Source of the DNA: an uncultured Acidobacteriota bacterium
GTDB lineage: Bacteria; Acidobacteriota; UBA6911
Reading direction: 5' to 3'
DNA length: 64,000 nucleotides
Assembly: GCA_963809485.1 (NCBI GenBank)
Contig: CAWEJX010000015.1
Location: 1 to 64,000, forward strand
Shown here piece after piece: positions 19,031 through 29,761 of the stretch (within the stretch, counting starts at the first letter, position 1; each line of letters begins with the position of its first letter). Both the position numbers and the translations under genes were made by a program. The notes under the pieces are model-generated. The model did no database searches. It was not told the origin of the DNA and saw only the letters and a list, made by a program, of their open reading frames with translations.

Positions 19031-20404
19031 ATGTCATCAAATTCTATTGAAAAATGGATACAGGAAATTGTCCTATCAGGTGTGGATGCGGCGCCGGGTG
19101 TTTCCCTGCCTGGCAGCGTTCCGCCGAAGCTGGATCGAGCGGATGTGGATGCATACCGGCTATTCAGGCTGCGGAAAATTCTTCAGTATTCCTACGATAA
19201 GAGTTCCTTTTATCGAGAGAGTTTTGACAATGCGGGCATTCAGCCGGACCATATACGCCGCCTGGAGGACTTGTCAAAACTTCCCCTCACCGAGCCGGAA
19301 CATCTGGCCGCATCGCCCTATCGTTTTTTGTGCCTTTCCCGAGCTGAGGTTGCCCGGCCCTATACCTTTGTGACTTCGGGCACCACCGGACCGCAGAAAA
19401 AAATTTTCTGGTCGCACGCAGACCTGGAGGGGATTACGGATTTCATGGCGGCCGGCATGGGGATGGTGGCCGGCCCCGGGGATGTCGTCCAGATACTTCT
19501 GCCCGACGGTAAGCCCGGCAGTCAGGCTGATCTTTTATCCCAGGGCGTGCGCAAGCTCGGAGCCACGCCGGTGGCTCCGGGTCCGGATCTCAGCGCGGAA
19601 GAGCAGTTGAGAATCCTGGAGGACGCCCGAAGCACCGTGATCTTCGGCTATGCCGGACGCATCTTCCGCCTCACCACGGAACTTCAACCGAACCATGACC
19701 TGAAAAATAAAGGCTTGAGAGTCCTGTTCCTTGCGGCCGAGTACTTGCCGGATGCCCGCAGACGGGCTCTCGAAGAAATTTGGAATTGCCGCGTGCATAC
19801 GCACTACGGCCTTACGGAAATGGGCCTGGGCGTCGCCGTGGAATGCGACGCGAGAGACGGATATCATTTCAACGAAGCCGGTCTCCTCCTGGAAGTGGTG
19901 GATCCCCGCACAGGAAATCCGCTGCCTGCAGGGGACGAAGGAGAATTGGTATTTACCACGCTGACCCGTGAGGCCATGCCGCTGATACGCTACCGGACGC
20001 ACGACATTTCGCGGCTCATCCCGGAACCATGCCCGTGCGGCGCGCATGCCCTTCTGAGAGTAGACCGGGTACGCAAAAGGCTGGAATCCATCGCGGTCCT
20101 CGCAAACGGCGATGAATTGTATCCGGCGCTTTTTGATGACGTTCTTTTTGGGATTCCCGCGGTCATCGATTACCAGGTCATTCTCAGCCATACGGGAGAC
20201 AGAGACTTGCTCCATTTCAGGATTGAATGCGCGCGCGAGCATCGGGGAATCATCGATTGCGCAAGAATGAAATTGAACGCGCTGCCCATTATTGCGAGAA
20301 ACATTCATGCCGGGAATCTGGCCGAACCGGAAGTTGAGCTTTTGGGCTGGGGTTCCCTGCAGTCCGGGAGCAGGGCCAAGAAAATGATTGTCGACCGCCG
20401 CTGA
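19031..20404 (+). CDS. AMP-dependent CoA ligase (phenylacetate-CoA ligase-like, DVU_1553-like)
   Basis: TSGTTGPQK, HYGLTEMG, GELVFTTLTREAMPLIRYRTHD motifs. Confidence 0.85.
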   Translation: MSSNSIEKWIQEIVLSGVDAAPGVSLPGSVPPKLDRADVDAYRLFRLRKILQYSYDKSSFYRESFDNAGIQPDHIRRLEDLSKLPLTEPEHLAASPYRFLCLSRAEVARPYTFVTSGTTGPQKKIFWSHADLEGITDFMAAGMGMVAGPGDVVQILLPDGKPGSQADLLSQGVRKLGATPVAPGPDLSAEEQLRILEDARSTVIFGYAGRIFRLTTELQPNHDLKNKGLRVLFLAAEYLPDARRRALEEIWNCRVHTHYGLTEMGLGVAVECDARDGYHFNEAGLLLEVVDPRTGNPLPAGDEGELVFTTLTREAMPLIRYRTHDISRLIPEPCPCGAHALLRVDRVRKRLESIAVLANGDELYPALFDDVLFGIPAVIDYQVILSHTGDRDLLHFRIECAREHRGIIDCARMKLNALPIIARNIHAGNLAEPEVELLGWGSLQSGSRAKKMIVDRR

Positions 20405-20416
20405 GGCTCTTCACCT

Positions 20417-20487
20417 GATTTTGGGTGAGGACAGCCTCTGGAGAGCCGTCCTCACCCAATCAACATTAACTGCTGAGAAAATAGTAT
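20417..20487. repeat. Second dispersed hairpin repeat, copy 1
   Basis: GGGTGAGGAC...GTCCTCACCC hairpin followed by AATCAACATTAACTGCTGAGAAAATAGTAT, also at 62093-62163. Confidence 0.8.
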
Positions 20488-20504
20488 TTTAAATAATTTT
20501 TCAG

Positions 20505-20614
20505 TGTTCGGCGAGGGTCGGCGTAAGTCAGCGTTCAAGACCAGCGTAACTCCTCCAACCGCTTTGAGCGGCTCCAATCTTTCAAGCCTCCGGCTTTTGC
20601 CGGAGGTGCCTGAC
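20505..20614 (-). mobile_element. Partial copy of the IS200/IS605-like MITE
   Basis: Reverse complement of the GTCAGG...GCCGGAGG...AACGCTGACTTACG end. Confidence 0.75.
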
Positions 20615-20630
20615 TCCAGCCCGCCTGTTT

Positions 20631-21602
20631 TCACCAGGCGTAGGCTTCGGGCGCTTCTCCCCCCGGGCCGGGCCAGATTTCATCCAGCTTCTTCAGCACG
20701 TCATCCGAAAGCTTCAGTTCCAGCGCCCTGGCGGTCGAGGTCAACTGCTTCATGTCGCGCGGCCCGATGATGGGCGCCGTTACAACCGGATTATGCAGCA
20801 GCCAGGCAAGCGCCACATCGGCGGGCTTCTCGCCGATTTCGCGGCACAAGGGTTCGTATTTTTCCAGCTGGTCCTTGTGTTTCTTTATCAGCTTCATGGT
20901 GCGCTCTTCGCTTCGACGCCCTTCCCTGGCCTTGCGCAAAGCGCCGCTCAGCAAGCCGCCTTCCATGGGGCTCCAGGGTATCAGTCCCAGACCGTATTCG
21001 CGGCAGGCGGGGATGACTTCCAGCTCTATGGTTCGCGTCGCGAGGTTGTAAAGGCTCTGCTCGCAAACCAGTCCCATGAAACAGCGCCCGCGCACTTCAG
21101 ACTGGGCCTGCGCGATCTGCCAGCCGGCAAAGTTGCTGCTTCCCACGTAAAGGATCTTCCCCTCCCGGACCAGCTGCTCCATCGCCTGCCAGATTTCTTC
21201 CCATGGAGTGCTCCGGTCGATATGATGCATCTGGTAGAGATCGATGGTTTCGGTTCGCAGCCGGCGCAGGCTGTCTTCGCACGCCCTCCGGATGTGATAG
21301 GCGGAGAGCCCCAAATCGTTGGGTCCCTCGCCCATCCTGTTATAGACTTTGGTGGCCAGAACGATTTTTCCCCGCCGTCCTCCCCCTTGAGCCAGCCAAC
21401 GGCCTATGATCTGCTCCGTCAGGCCCTCGCCCATTTTCCAGCCGTATACGTTTGCAGTGTCAAAAAAATTGATCCCCATTTCCACCGCCTTGTCCATGAG
21501 GGCAAAGCTGTCTTTTTTGGTTGTATGCCAGCCAAAATTCATCGTGCCGAGACACAAGCGGCTGACTTTCAATCCGGTTCGACCCAGGTTTTTGTATTCC
21601 AA
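20631..21602 (-). CDS. Aldo/keto reductase
   Basis: LGRTGLKVSRLCLGTMNFG, FFDTANVYG, LATK, IDLYQMHH, YVGSSN, PWSP; TTG start 21602 with AGGAG RBS. Confidence 0.92.
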   Translation of the reverse strand: MEYKNLGRTGLKVSRLCLGTMNFGWHTTKKDSFALMDKAVEMGINFFDTANVYGWKMGEGLTEQIIGRWLAQGGGRRGKIVLATKVYNRMGEGPNDLGLSAYHIRRACEDSLRRLRTETIDLYQMHHIDRSTPWEEIWQAMEQLVREGKILYVGSSNFAGWQIAQAQSEVRGRCFMGLVCEQSLYNLATRTIELEVIPACREYGLGLIPWSPMEGGLLSGALRKAREGRRSEERTMKLIKKHKDQLEKYEPLCREIGEKPADVALAWLLHNPVVTAPIIGPRDMKQLTSTARALELKLSDDVLKKLDEIWPGPGGEAPEAYAW

Positions 21603-21869
21603 GACGGAGCTCCTTTCTCTATCAGATAAATATAGACAACACGGTCTCGAATTCCATAGCAATTAGCCGCCCATTCTCACAATGTTTTGCCCCGGCGTCG
21701 GACCCCGGCGGGCATGCAAACCGCAATTTTACCCGGGCTGCACTGGTTCCGTGCGCGTCTGATCCTGTCCTTCCGGGTTACAGGTTTCGCGAGGCACCGG
21801 CAATCTGCTATACTCTGGCCGCCGAAAAGCCGCTATAGGGGCAAAATACAAAGAAGAAAGCAGACAACG

Positions 21870-22418
21870 ATGCCAGCCAAAATTACAGTTCGGATTCTAT
21901 CTGTCGCGATCGCCATTGCCGGCATGATTCTTCCGGCTGCCGCCCGGTTTCCGGATACGGCGGGCGGCAAAGCAACCGCCGACCGGCTGCAACTGCTGGA
22001 AGATCGCGAAGAAATCCGGCAGCTCCTGGTGGACTACGGCCGGACGCTGGACCAGAGGGATTTTCGGGCTTTTGCTGGCCTCTTTTCAAAGGACGGGGAG
22101 TATGTGATGGGCGGAGGCATGGGTGCCGTTAAGGGACCCGCCGCGATCGGCAAATCAATGGAGGATGTCTTCCGCAGGAATCCGACGAATCATCGCGAGC
22201 CGAATTTTCACCTGTTCGCCAATGAGATCATCCAGGTTAAGGACGATGAAGCCACGGCCCTGAGCAAAGGATTCTTTGTGGTTCCCGATGAGGGCAACAA
22301 ACCCGTCATCGTCATGCTGGCAACTTACACGGATGATCTCATCCGTGAGAATGGCCGCTGGAAGATCAAAAAGCGAGTGGTTCACGGTGATATTCCCGGC
22401 TCCCCCGCATCGAAGTAA
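21870..22418 (+). CDS. SnoaL/NTF2-like protein with signal peptide
   Basis: LEDREEIRQLLVDYGRTLD...LF..DG...H...N...Y.D.LIRENGRWKIKKR. Confidence 0.8.
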   Translation: MPAKITVRILSVAIAIAGMILPAAARFPDTAGGKATADRLQLLEDREEIRQLLVDYGRTLDQRDFRAFAGLFSKDGEYVMGGGMGAVKGPAAIGKSMEDVFRRNPTNHREPNFHLFANEIIQVKDDEATALSKGFFVVPDEGNKPVIVMLATYTDDLIRENGRWKIKKRVVHGDIPGSPASK

Positions 22419-22462
22419 ATTGCGGGACTGCTGACGCGAAACTTTTCAGAAAACGGTCGGAT

Positions 22463-22924
22463 ATGAAGGAACAGGGGGCCTATCTTTTGTATCTTTACGT
22501 GAAACGCCCCATAACGGTCTGTGCAGGATCTCTTGGGCAAATATCTTTCCCTCAAGGGCATTATGTCTATGTGGGAAGTGCCCGCAGAGGGATCGGAGGA
22601 CGCATTGCGCGCCACAGGCGTCTGGCTCAAAATAAGGCGGGCAGGCTGCACTGGCACCTGGACTACCTGCTCGTTCATCGCCTGGTGGAGTGGACGGGAG
22701 ACGAGGCGCTGTCAGGGAAAAGCGAGTGCGATGTGTCCCTATATATCGCGTCGAGCAAAGGCGTGTCCGTTCCGGTCCCCCGCTTCGGGGCCTCCGACTG
22801 CCGGGCGGGCTGCAAATCCCACCTTTATCGTTTAAGCAGATCAGGCATTCATAATTTGGCAGCACCATTCAAATTTGCGAGGAGAAAGGAAAATGGACAA
22901 GGCTACCGCGCAGCTCTACCGTGA
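22463..22924 (+). CDS. GIY-YIG (Uri/DUF123) nuclease family protein
   Basis: GAYLL...GHYVYVGSA...RIARH...HWHLDYL...EC...FGASDC..GCKSHL. Confidence 0.85.
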   Translation: MKEQGAYLLYLYVKRPITVCAGSLGQISFPQGHYVYVGSARRGIGGRIARHRRLAQNKAGRLHWHLDYLLVHRLVEWTGDEALSGKSECDVSLYIASSKGVSVPVPRFGASDCRAGCKSHLYRLSRSGIHNLAAPFKFARRKENGQGYRAALP

Positions 22925-24128
22925 AAGAGAAAAGAGGTTCATCGATGCCGTACAATTGAAGGTTCCGGACAGAGTGCCGACTTCCCTGCACCTGAGCTAC
23001 CTCCCTGCAAGGTTCGCCGGCATCACATTCAAGGATGCCTACTATGATTTCCCGAAATGGAAGGAGGCCTACATAAAAACGGCTCTCTACTTCCAGCCCG
23101 ACAGGTGCGAGTTCTTTCCCAACCAGTCGGGCAGGATCCTGGAAGCCATGGATGCAAAGACCTCGGTCTGGCCGGGGCACGGGGCAGGGATCAACTCCTC
23201 GCATCAGTTTGTGGAAGGCGAGTACATGAAGGCCGAGGAATACGACCTCTTTTTGAACGATCAGTCGGATTTCAACATCCGCTACCTGAATCCGCGCTCC
23301 TACGGCCTGCTGGAGCCTCTCGCCAAACTGCCTCCCCTGGAATCGATGCAGTCCTTTATACCATTTAATGTGCTGGCGACTCCGGAATTCGCAAACCTGC
23401 TCCAGAAGATATCCGGGATTGCCCGCGAAGCCGTGGAGTGGCAGAGACTGAACCAGGGCATGATCGACGAGCTGAACGAATTGGGTTTCCCCGGAAGAAC
23501 CGCGATGGTCGGGGGCGGAGTGCCCTACGACATGATCTCCGATTTTATGCGCGGCATGAGAGGCGCGATGCTGGACATGTACCGCTGCCCGGACAAACTG
23601 CTTGCCGCCATCGAAAAAGTTTCCCAGCAGACCCTCAAGCGCATCGCGGCCGCTCCCAAGGCAAAGGAATTCACGACATCCTTCATAGCCCTGCACCGCG
23701 GAGCGGACGGTTTCATGTCGCTGAAACAGTTCGAGCTTTTTTATTGGCCCTACCTCATGAAACTCGTGAACGCCCTGGTTGACGCCGGCTATACCCCTGA
23801 GATCTTTTTCGAGGGCGACTACACTCAACGGCTCGAGTACCTGCTCGAACTGCCCAAGGGCAAGGTTATCGGCCGCTTTGACCGAACCGACATGGCGAAG
23901 GTCAAAGAGGTGCTCGGCGGCCACATCTGCATCGAGGGAAACGTGCCCGCTTCGCTGCTGCAGACGAGCGATGTCGAAGGAGTCAGGAAATACTGCAAGT
24001 GGCTGATCGACGTGGTGGGCAAGGATGGCGGTTACATTATGGGCCCCGGATCGGTTGTGGACGAGGTCAAAATAGAAAACCTGAAGGCCATGATCGACTT
24101 CACCCGCGAATACGGCAAGTACCGGTAA
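22893..24128 (+). CDS. Uroporphyrinogen decarboxylase / MtaA-CmuA methyltransferase family protein
   Basis: PDRVP N-terminus, PYDMISDFMRG...DMYRCPDKL, FMSLKQFELFYWP, CIEGNVP, DGGYIM; ATG 22893 with RBS. Confidence 0.8.
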   Translation: MDKATAQLYREREKRFIDAVQLKVPDRVPTSLHLSYLPARFAGITFKDAYYDFPKWKEAYIKTALYFQPDRCEFFPNQSGRILEAMDAKTSVWPGHGAGINSSHQFVEGEYMKAEEYDLFLNDQSDFNIRYLNPRSYGLLEPLAKLPPLESMQSFIPFNVLATPEFANLLQKISGIAREAVEWQRLNQGMIDELNELGFPGRTAMVGGGVPYDMISDFMRGMRGAMLDMYRCPDKLLAAIEKVSQQTLKRIAAAPKAKEFTTSFIALHRGADGFMSLKQFELFYWPYLMKLVNALVDAGYTPEIFFEGDYTQRLEYLLELPKGKVIGRFDRTDMAKVKEVLGGHICIEGNVPASLLQTSDVEGVRKYCKWLIDVVGKDGGYIMGPGSVVDEVKIENLKAMIDFTREYGKYR

Positions 24129-24276
24129 GGGGGATATCCGGTTTCACGCCCAATAACCACTCTGAAGATATGGGAACCGCAGAATTTCGAATAAAGAATG
24201 ACGAACTTCGAAGTTCTGCGGTTCGACATTCGATCTGCTGATCCACATCGGCAGAGCCGGTGTATCTGCCCAACGA

Positions 24277-25503
24277 TCAGTCGCGGCTCGGCTGCACGAG
24301 GTTGAGCGCATCCGGACGCGGGGCGTTGCGTTCATTATCCCAGTAGGGTGACAGCTTTCTCAGGTTCGCCACAATTTTCGGGAACACCTCGATCACGGTG
24401 TCGATATCCTCGTCGGAACTGTAACGGCTCAAGCTGAAGCGCACGGATCCGTGGATTGCCGTGAAAGGAACCTTCATAGCCCGAAGTACATGAGAGGGTT
24501 CGAGAGATCCCGAGGTGCACGCCGATCCGCTCGACGCGCAAATCCCGTAGGAACTCAGCTGAAACAGCATTCCTTCCCCCTCGATGTAGTGGAACGAGAT
24601 GTTCAGCGTGTTGGGAAGCCGTTGCCCTCCTTTGCCGTTAACCTGAACGGAGCCGATTTTCTCTACCAGCGCATTTTCCAGGCGGTCCCGCAGAGTTTGA
24701 ATTCGGGCTTCATCCTTTTCGCGATGCTCCGTGGCCAGGGTCAGAGCCTTTGACAGCCCGACGATGTAGGGAACGTTTTCCGTTCCTGCGCGCCTGCCGT
24801 CCTCCTGGTGGCCGCCAAGCATGAAGGGGCGGCATCGTGTCCCGCGCCGCATGAAGAGCACACCGATGCCCTTGGGCGCATGGAGTTTGTGCCCTGAAAA
24901 GGACAGCATGTCCACATACGGGAAACCGCGAACCAGGTCGATCGGCAGTTTGCCCACGGTCTGCGTGGCGTCCGTATGGAACAGAATCGAAGGATCGGTC
25001 TGTTTGGTGATGCGCGACAGCTGCTCGATCGGGAAAATCACGCCCGTTTCATTGTTGGCGTGCATGATCGTGACAAGCAGAGTATTCGGGGTCAGCGCCT
25101 GGATGAATTCCCGCATATTGAGATTTCCGTCCCGGTCCACCCCGACATAGGTCACCTTATATCCGCCGCGCTCGAGTTCCTTGCAGACTTCAAGAACCGC
25201 GGGATGCTCCACCGTGGTCGTTATGATATGGCGCCGGTTCGGATTGCCGCGCGCGGCGCCCAGGATGGCGGTGTTGTTGCTCTCGGTCGCGCATCCCGTA
25301 AAGAGGATTTCCTTGGAATCCACATGCCCCAGGCACGCGGCAATGTTTTGTCGGGCGGCAGCGATGGCATGCCCGGTTTGACGCGCAGGTTCGTACATGG
25401 AACTGGGGTTGAAGTAATCCTCCGTCAGGAAGGGCACCATCGCTTCAAAAACCTCCGGCGCGATCCTGGTCGTGGCATTGTTGTCGAGATAGATGGTTTT
25501 CAT
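24277..25503 (-). CDS. nifS: Cysteine desulfurase NifS
   Basis: IYLDNNATT, ANNETG, HTDATQ, SGHKLHAPKG, SSGSACTSGSLEPSHVL. Confidence 0.93.
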   Translation of the reverse strand: MKTIYLDNNATTRIAPEVFEAMVPFLTEDYFNPSSMYEPARQTGHAIAAARQNIAACLGHVDSKEILFTGCATESNNTAILGAARGNPNRRHIITTTVEHPAVLEVCKELERGGYKVTYVGVDRDGNLNMREFIQALTPNTLLVTIMHANNETGVIFPIEQLSRITKQTDPSILFHTDATQTVGKLPIDLVRGFPYVDMLSFSGHKLHAPKGIGVLFMRRGTRCRPFMLGGHQEDGRRAGTENVPYIVGLSKALTLATEHREKDEARIQTLRDRLENALVEKIGSVQVNGKGGQRLPNTLNISFHYIEGEGMLFQLSSYGICASSGSACTSGSLEPSHVLRAMKVPFTAIHGSVRFSLSRYSSDEDIDTVIEVFPKIVANLRKLSPYWDNERNAPRPDALNLVQPSRD

Positions 25504-25508
25504 CGGGA

Positions 25509-26465
25509 TTACACCTCGACAACCCGGATCCGCTCATCCACCTGATCCTTAAGAATGCGCTCCACCATCATCTTGAGAGTCTGGCTGGCTCCCGCACAAC
25601 CGACACAGTGTCCCTTTAACGCGCAATAAACGAGAGTCCCTTTGATGTCCACGACCTCGACGTCGCCGCCATCCATTCTGAGCGAAGGACGGACGTATTC
25701 GTCAATCACCTTCTCCACCTTCTTGGCGAATTGATAGGGGGAGAACTCCGGGGCCTGGCTAACTTCCACCGGGGTTAAAGGAACCGCGGCAACACCGGGA
25801 GTGGCCGCTGACTGACCTTCCCAGACCTGGTCCAGAAGGTCCTGGAGCCCTCCGGGAACATGATGGCATGAGGAGCAGCCGCCTCCGGCCTTTATGGCAT
25901 TTGTGATCTGGGGAATGGTGCGCAGATTGAGTTCGCGGATCTTGCGTTTGATATATGGCTCGGTGAGCGAGAAGCATTTGCAGACTATTCTGCCTTCTTC
26001 CGTTTCCTGGTCGTGAATATCGATACCGAGTTTCTTCAGGTCTACGCCCCGGCGCTGGGCCCAGTTGAACACCGCCGCCTCAAGCGCTTCGGCTCCCATG
26101 ACGGAACAGTGAATCTTCTGTTCCGGCAATCCCTCCAGGTAGCGGACAATATCGCTGTTGCTGATCTTGAGGGCCGTAACAGGCGTATAGCTCCCGTGCT
26201 CGATGATTGCACACAAAGCCTCGGAGGCTGCGATAGCCGACGTGCAGCCGAAGGTGAGATATTTTGCCTCCGTGATGATGTCCTGAGTCGGATCGTTTGG
26301 GTGGCGCTTGACCCTGAAGGTGAAACGCATGGCATCGCCACATGCAATGGACCCATGTTCTCCCATGCCGTCTGGATTTTCAATTTCACCCAGGTGCGTG
26401 CCGGGTTTTCCCTGCACGGCATCCATGAACATTTGCTTGGTCTTTTCGCTGTATTCCCAACCCAT
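25509..26465 (-). CDS. nifU: Three-domain Fe-S scaffold NifU
   Basis: IscU domain (ACGD, FGC, KIHCS), BFD domain (VCKCF...GGGCSSC), Nfu domain (RPSLRMDGGD...CVGC). Confidence 0.93.
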   Translation of the reverse strand: MGWEYSEKTKQMFMDAVQGKPGTHLGEIENPDGMGEHGSIACGDAMRFTFRVKRHPNDPTQDIITEAKYLTFGCTSAIAASEALCAIIEHGSYTPVTALKISNSDIVRYLEGLPEQKIHCSVMGAEALEAAVFNWAQRRGVDLKKLGIDIHDQETEEGRIVCKCFSLTEPYIKRKIRELNLRTIPQITNAIKAGGGCSSCHHVPGGLQDLLDQVWEGQSAATPGVAAVPLTPVEVSQAPEFSPYQFAKKVEKVIDEYVRPSLRMDGGDVEVVDIKGTLVYCALKGHCVGCAGASQTLKMMVERILKDQVDERIRVVEV

Positions 26466-26746
26466 ATCGACTCCGTCCTATTCAGGTGTAAGGCATCGCC
26501 CGCTCCCGCGAGATCTTTACCGATCCGCTCGACGCACGAGCTCATGTAACCTCCTAATATAGCGCCTTAATCGGGGCTGGGCAATCGATTGATGTTCAAA
26601 TATTGATCCGTGGAACCCAACGGCCGACTCCTGGCATAGCCGGATCGGACGGCTGCGGAAAACCGTCTTCAGCAGGCATCCTCCGGCAAAGCCGGCAAAT
26701 CTACCATTGGATCAGGATATTTGGGAAGGCATCCGCCGGAGTTGCC

Positions 26747-27625
26747 CTAAATGCTCAACACCGGACAGATCGAGTCGCGGATTATGGCGTAGCCGTTTGT
26801 ATGCAGCCGGCCGGGCACTCCATTTTCCGAACCATGACCGATAACGACCAGGTCGGCCTCATAATCCTGAGCGCAGGTAAGGACCACTTTGGAGATGGGA
26901 CCGCTCTGCACGTAGATTTCGGTGTCCGGCGGCGCTCCCGCCGCCTCCAGCATTTTCACAATGCGCTCCCGCTCGCCCTGGCTGAGAAGCTTCCTCAACT
27001 CCGACTCGATGGAGTAGGTCTGCAGATGGAAGGGTGGAGCCGGTATAGCGTGGACCATGGAGAGGCGTGCCTCGAAGGCAGAGGCCAGATTTATGGCCCA
27101 GCGGACCGCGGATTCATCTCCGGAGGCAGGATCTACAGCGCATAAAATGTGGCGGACGGTCCAATGCTCGTCGGCATCAGCCTGCTCCGCGTGCACACCG
27201 GTCCAGACCGGACATGGGGCGTCATGCAGCACTTTGGATGTAACCGAGCCCAGAATGAATCTTCGGAACATCCCGGTCCCCCGCGTCTCGCACACAATCA
27301 TGTCCGTTTTGTGCGAACGGGCGTATTCGATGATGGTCTGGGCGGGGTCGCCTTCGACAATCACTCGCGTGACGTCGAATTCCTTCAACTCCTCCGCAAG
27401 GAAGGCAGCCAACTTCGCCTCAACCTGTTCTTTTTGCCTGATCCGCACCTCCTCCAAGCTGACGCCTCCGAGGCTTTCAAAGGCAACGTTCAGCGGCGGC
27501 AGCACATGAAGCAGAGTAAGCTTCGAGTGAAAGCGCCGGGCAATGACGGCCGCATAGCGCGCAGCAACTGCAGATCGGCGCGAAAAGTCAGTCGGAAGCA
27601 GAATATTCTTAATGGCCGGTTCCAT
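26747..27625 (-). CDS. Tandem-domain universal stress protein
   Basis: NILLPTDFS...LLHV...GDP...ILGSVT.KVL..APCPV plus a second USP domain; ATG 27625 with GGAGGA RBS. Confidence 0.9.
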   Translation of the reverse strand: MEPAIKNILLPTDFSRRSAVAARYAAVIARRFHSKLTLLHVLPPLNVAFESLGGVSLEEVRIRQKEQVEAKLAAFLAEELKEFDVTRVIVEGDPAQTIIEYARSHKTDMIVCETRGTGMFRRFILGSVTSKVLHDAPCPVWTGVHAEQADADEHWTVRHILCAVDPASGDESAVRWAINLASAFEARLSMVHAIPAPPFHLQTYSIESELRKLLSQGERERIVKMLEAAGAPPDTEIYVQSGPISKVVLTCAQDYEADLVVIGHGSENGVPGRLHTNGYAIIRDSICPVLSI

Positions 27626-27647
27626 GGCATTCCTCCCGGAGATTGCC

Positions 27648-27663
27648 TGCAATATCGGTTCCA
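27648..27663 (-). promoter_or_regulatory. Sigma-54 (-24/-12) promoter for the USP gene
   Basis: Minus strand reads TGGAAC-CGATA-TTGCA (GG-N10-GC). Confidence 0.7.
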
Positions 27664-27760
27664 CTGAGCCAATATTTGTCATGTTTTCAAGAAAATAGCG
27701 GAGCTTCAGTCTGTTATGCCCACCCCATTATGCAAAATGCCGTAGCCAAATCCTATGGGA

Positions 27761-27779
27761 GTGTCTAAAATTCATACAC
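27761..27779. promoter_or_regulatory. Putative enhancer-binding site (UAS), copy 1
   Basis: GTGTCTAAAATTCATACAC (TGT-N11-ACA), 17/19 identical to 31185-31203; ~100 bp upstream of the -24 element. Confidence 0.65.
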
Positions 27780-27833
27780 TGTGGACGGGATTTGAACATC
27801 TGCGGCGGTGTCCAGGGTGCCGGCAAGCCAGTA

Positions 27834-28053
27834 GTCAGGTACCTCCGGCAGAGCCGGAGGCCTGAAAGATTTGAACCGCTCAAAGCGGTTGGAGGAGTTA
27901 CGCCGGTCTTGAACGCTGACGCACGCTGAACGGACGCCGACCCACGCCGAAAAAAATTTATATATTTTTTCAGCTTACGTCAGCGTTCGTCAGCGTTTCA
28001 AAATACGGAGCTGTCAAACTCTATGAGTCCCCCGGCAGAGCCGGGGATCTCCC
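27834..28053 (+). mobile_element. IS200/IS605-like MITE copy (subtype B interior)
   Basis: Both terminal hairpins present; interior GCACGCTGAACGGACGCCGACCCACGCCG...TATATTTTTTCAGC. Confidence 0.75.
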
Positions 28054-28092
28054 AACGGATATTAGGGAATCAGAATCGGCAGGGGAATAGAG

Positions 28093-29736
28093 ATGGCCGC
28101 GAATGATAAAAAGGGCGCACAGATTCACCCGGATCCGCTGTTGCGGGCGATGGATGAGCAGCGGCGCCTGTTTCAGCTCGTGCTTGAAAATACCCCCTCG
28201 GCCATCGCAATCCACGATGGCAGAAGTCTCCGGATCAAATGGGCCAATCCAAATTATCAGAAGCTGCTGGAAGAACCGTACAGGAACTGCGACCTGACGG
28301 GCCTTCGCCTTCAGGACATCTGGCCGGTGGCAGAAGAAAGCGGCCTCGCGGACACTTACAGAACAGCGGCTGCGTCGGGGAGGCCTCATGTGGATCCGGT
28401 CTGCGAAATGGAGGGCTTTGCCCGCGGCAAGACCTATTGGCGGCGCGCCATTCTGCCGATGACAAGCCCCGGCGAGGCGATTCCCGATCTGCTGGTCCTG
28501 ATGACGGACCTGACGGACGAGGTGAATGCGCGCAAACAGATCGAGGAGCTTGCGGCGCAGCTTTCCGAGGAACGGCGTCTGCTCGAAATACGCAACCGTG
28601 AGGTCGTGCAGGCGAACGACCTGAAGAGCGAGTTCCTTGCAGGCATGAGCCACGAATTGCGGACACCTCTGCATTCCATCATCGGATTTTCCGAGCTGAT
28701 TGCCGAAGGCAGATCGGGAGCTCTCACCGACAAGCAGAAGCGCCAGCTTGACCACATACTGCGGGCCGCCCGGCATCTGCTCTCGCTCATCAACGATATC
28801 CTGGACCTCTCTAAAATCGAGGCAGGACGCCTGGACCTGGACCTGGAAAGCTTTATCGTGAACGCATCGGTCGCGGAAGTGCTGACCACTATCGAGCCCA
28901 TGGCGCAGGCCAAACACATTGGCATTCACAGCGAAACCGATCCCGACCTGGTGCTCCGGGCAGACCGCCGGAGGTTCAAGCAGATTCTGTTCAACCTGCT
29001 CAGCAATGCCGTCAAATTTACGCCCTCGGACGGCCGGATATCCTTCACGACGGCAGACCAGGGTAACTTCATCGAGTTTTGCGTAAGTGATACGGGCATC
29101 GGTATCCCGGCCGAAGAGCATGGCATCATATTCGACAGTTTCCGCCAGGCAAGCGCCACCACAAAAGGAGTAAAGGAGGGGGCAGGGCTGGGCCTTGCCA
29201 TCACTCGCCGCCTGGTTGAGGCGCACGGCGGAAGCATCCGTGTGGACAGCGAGGTCGGCAAAGGCAGCCGGTTCTTGTTCCGAATGCCGTCGCCCTCCCG
29301 GGAAAGCGCAAAACAGGATGGGAGCGTCACGCAACAAAATCATGCCGGCCATGATTCCGCCGGACCGGGCATAAAGACAGTTCTTATCGCCGACGACAAT
29401 CCCGAAAGCAGGGAGCTGGTGCGCGACACGCTTGCGGCGGGAGATTGCCGGGTGCTCGAAGCCTCCCAGGGATATGATGCCCTCGAAAAGATCCGGGGAA
29501 CCTTACCGGACCTGGTCCTGATGGATATCCAGATGCCCATCATGGATGGCTATGCCGTACTTAAGGAAATGCGCCGGGATCCGAGGATCGCATCGATCCC
29601 CGTCGTGGCGCTGACTGCCCTGGCCATGCAGGGCGACCGTGAGCGGGCGCTTGCCGCGGGCTTCGACGACTACATCACTAAGCCCATCGATCCGGCATCA
29701 CTCAGAAAACGCGTCCATCGCCTGCTGAAAAAATAG
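28093..29736 (+). CDS. Hybrid sensor histidine kinase (PAS-HisKA-HATPase-REC)
   Basis: [36 protein letters not shown]-terminal receiver (IADD...LMDIQMP...KP). Confidence 0.92.
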   Translation: MAANDKKGAQIHPDPLLRAMDEQRRLFQLVLENTPSAIAIHDGRSLRIKWANPNYQKLLEEPYRNCDLTGLRLQDIWPVAEESGLADTYRTAAASGRPHVDPVCEMEGFARGKTYWRRAILPMTSPGEAIPDLLVLMTDLTDEVNARKQIEELAAQLSEERRLLEIRNREVVQANDLKSEFLAGMSHELRTPLHSIIGFSELIAEGRSGALTDKQKRQLDHILRAARHLLSLINDILDLSKIEAGRLDLDLESFIVNASVAEVLTTIEPMAQAKHIGIHSETDPDLVLRADRRRFKQILFNLLSNAVKFTPSDGRISFTTADQGNFIEFCVSDTGIGIPAEEHGIIFDSFRQASATTKGVKEGAGLGLAITRRLVEAHGGSIRVDSEVGKGSRFLFRMPSPSRESAKQDGSVTQQNHAGHDSAGPGIKTVLIADDNPESRELVRDTLAAGDCRVLEASQGYDALEKIRGTLPDLVLMDIQMPIMDGYAVLKEMRRDPRIASIPVVALTALAMQGDRERALAAGFDDYITKPIDPASLRKRVHRLLKK

Positions 29737-29761
29737 CGGATTTTTGAACTCGGAGTTTTGC

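Noticed and set aside
24277-26465. nifU/nifS as evidence of nitrogen fixation
   Set aside because: No nifH/D/K here; NIF-type systems serve as general Fe-S assembly in many anaerobes
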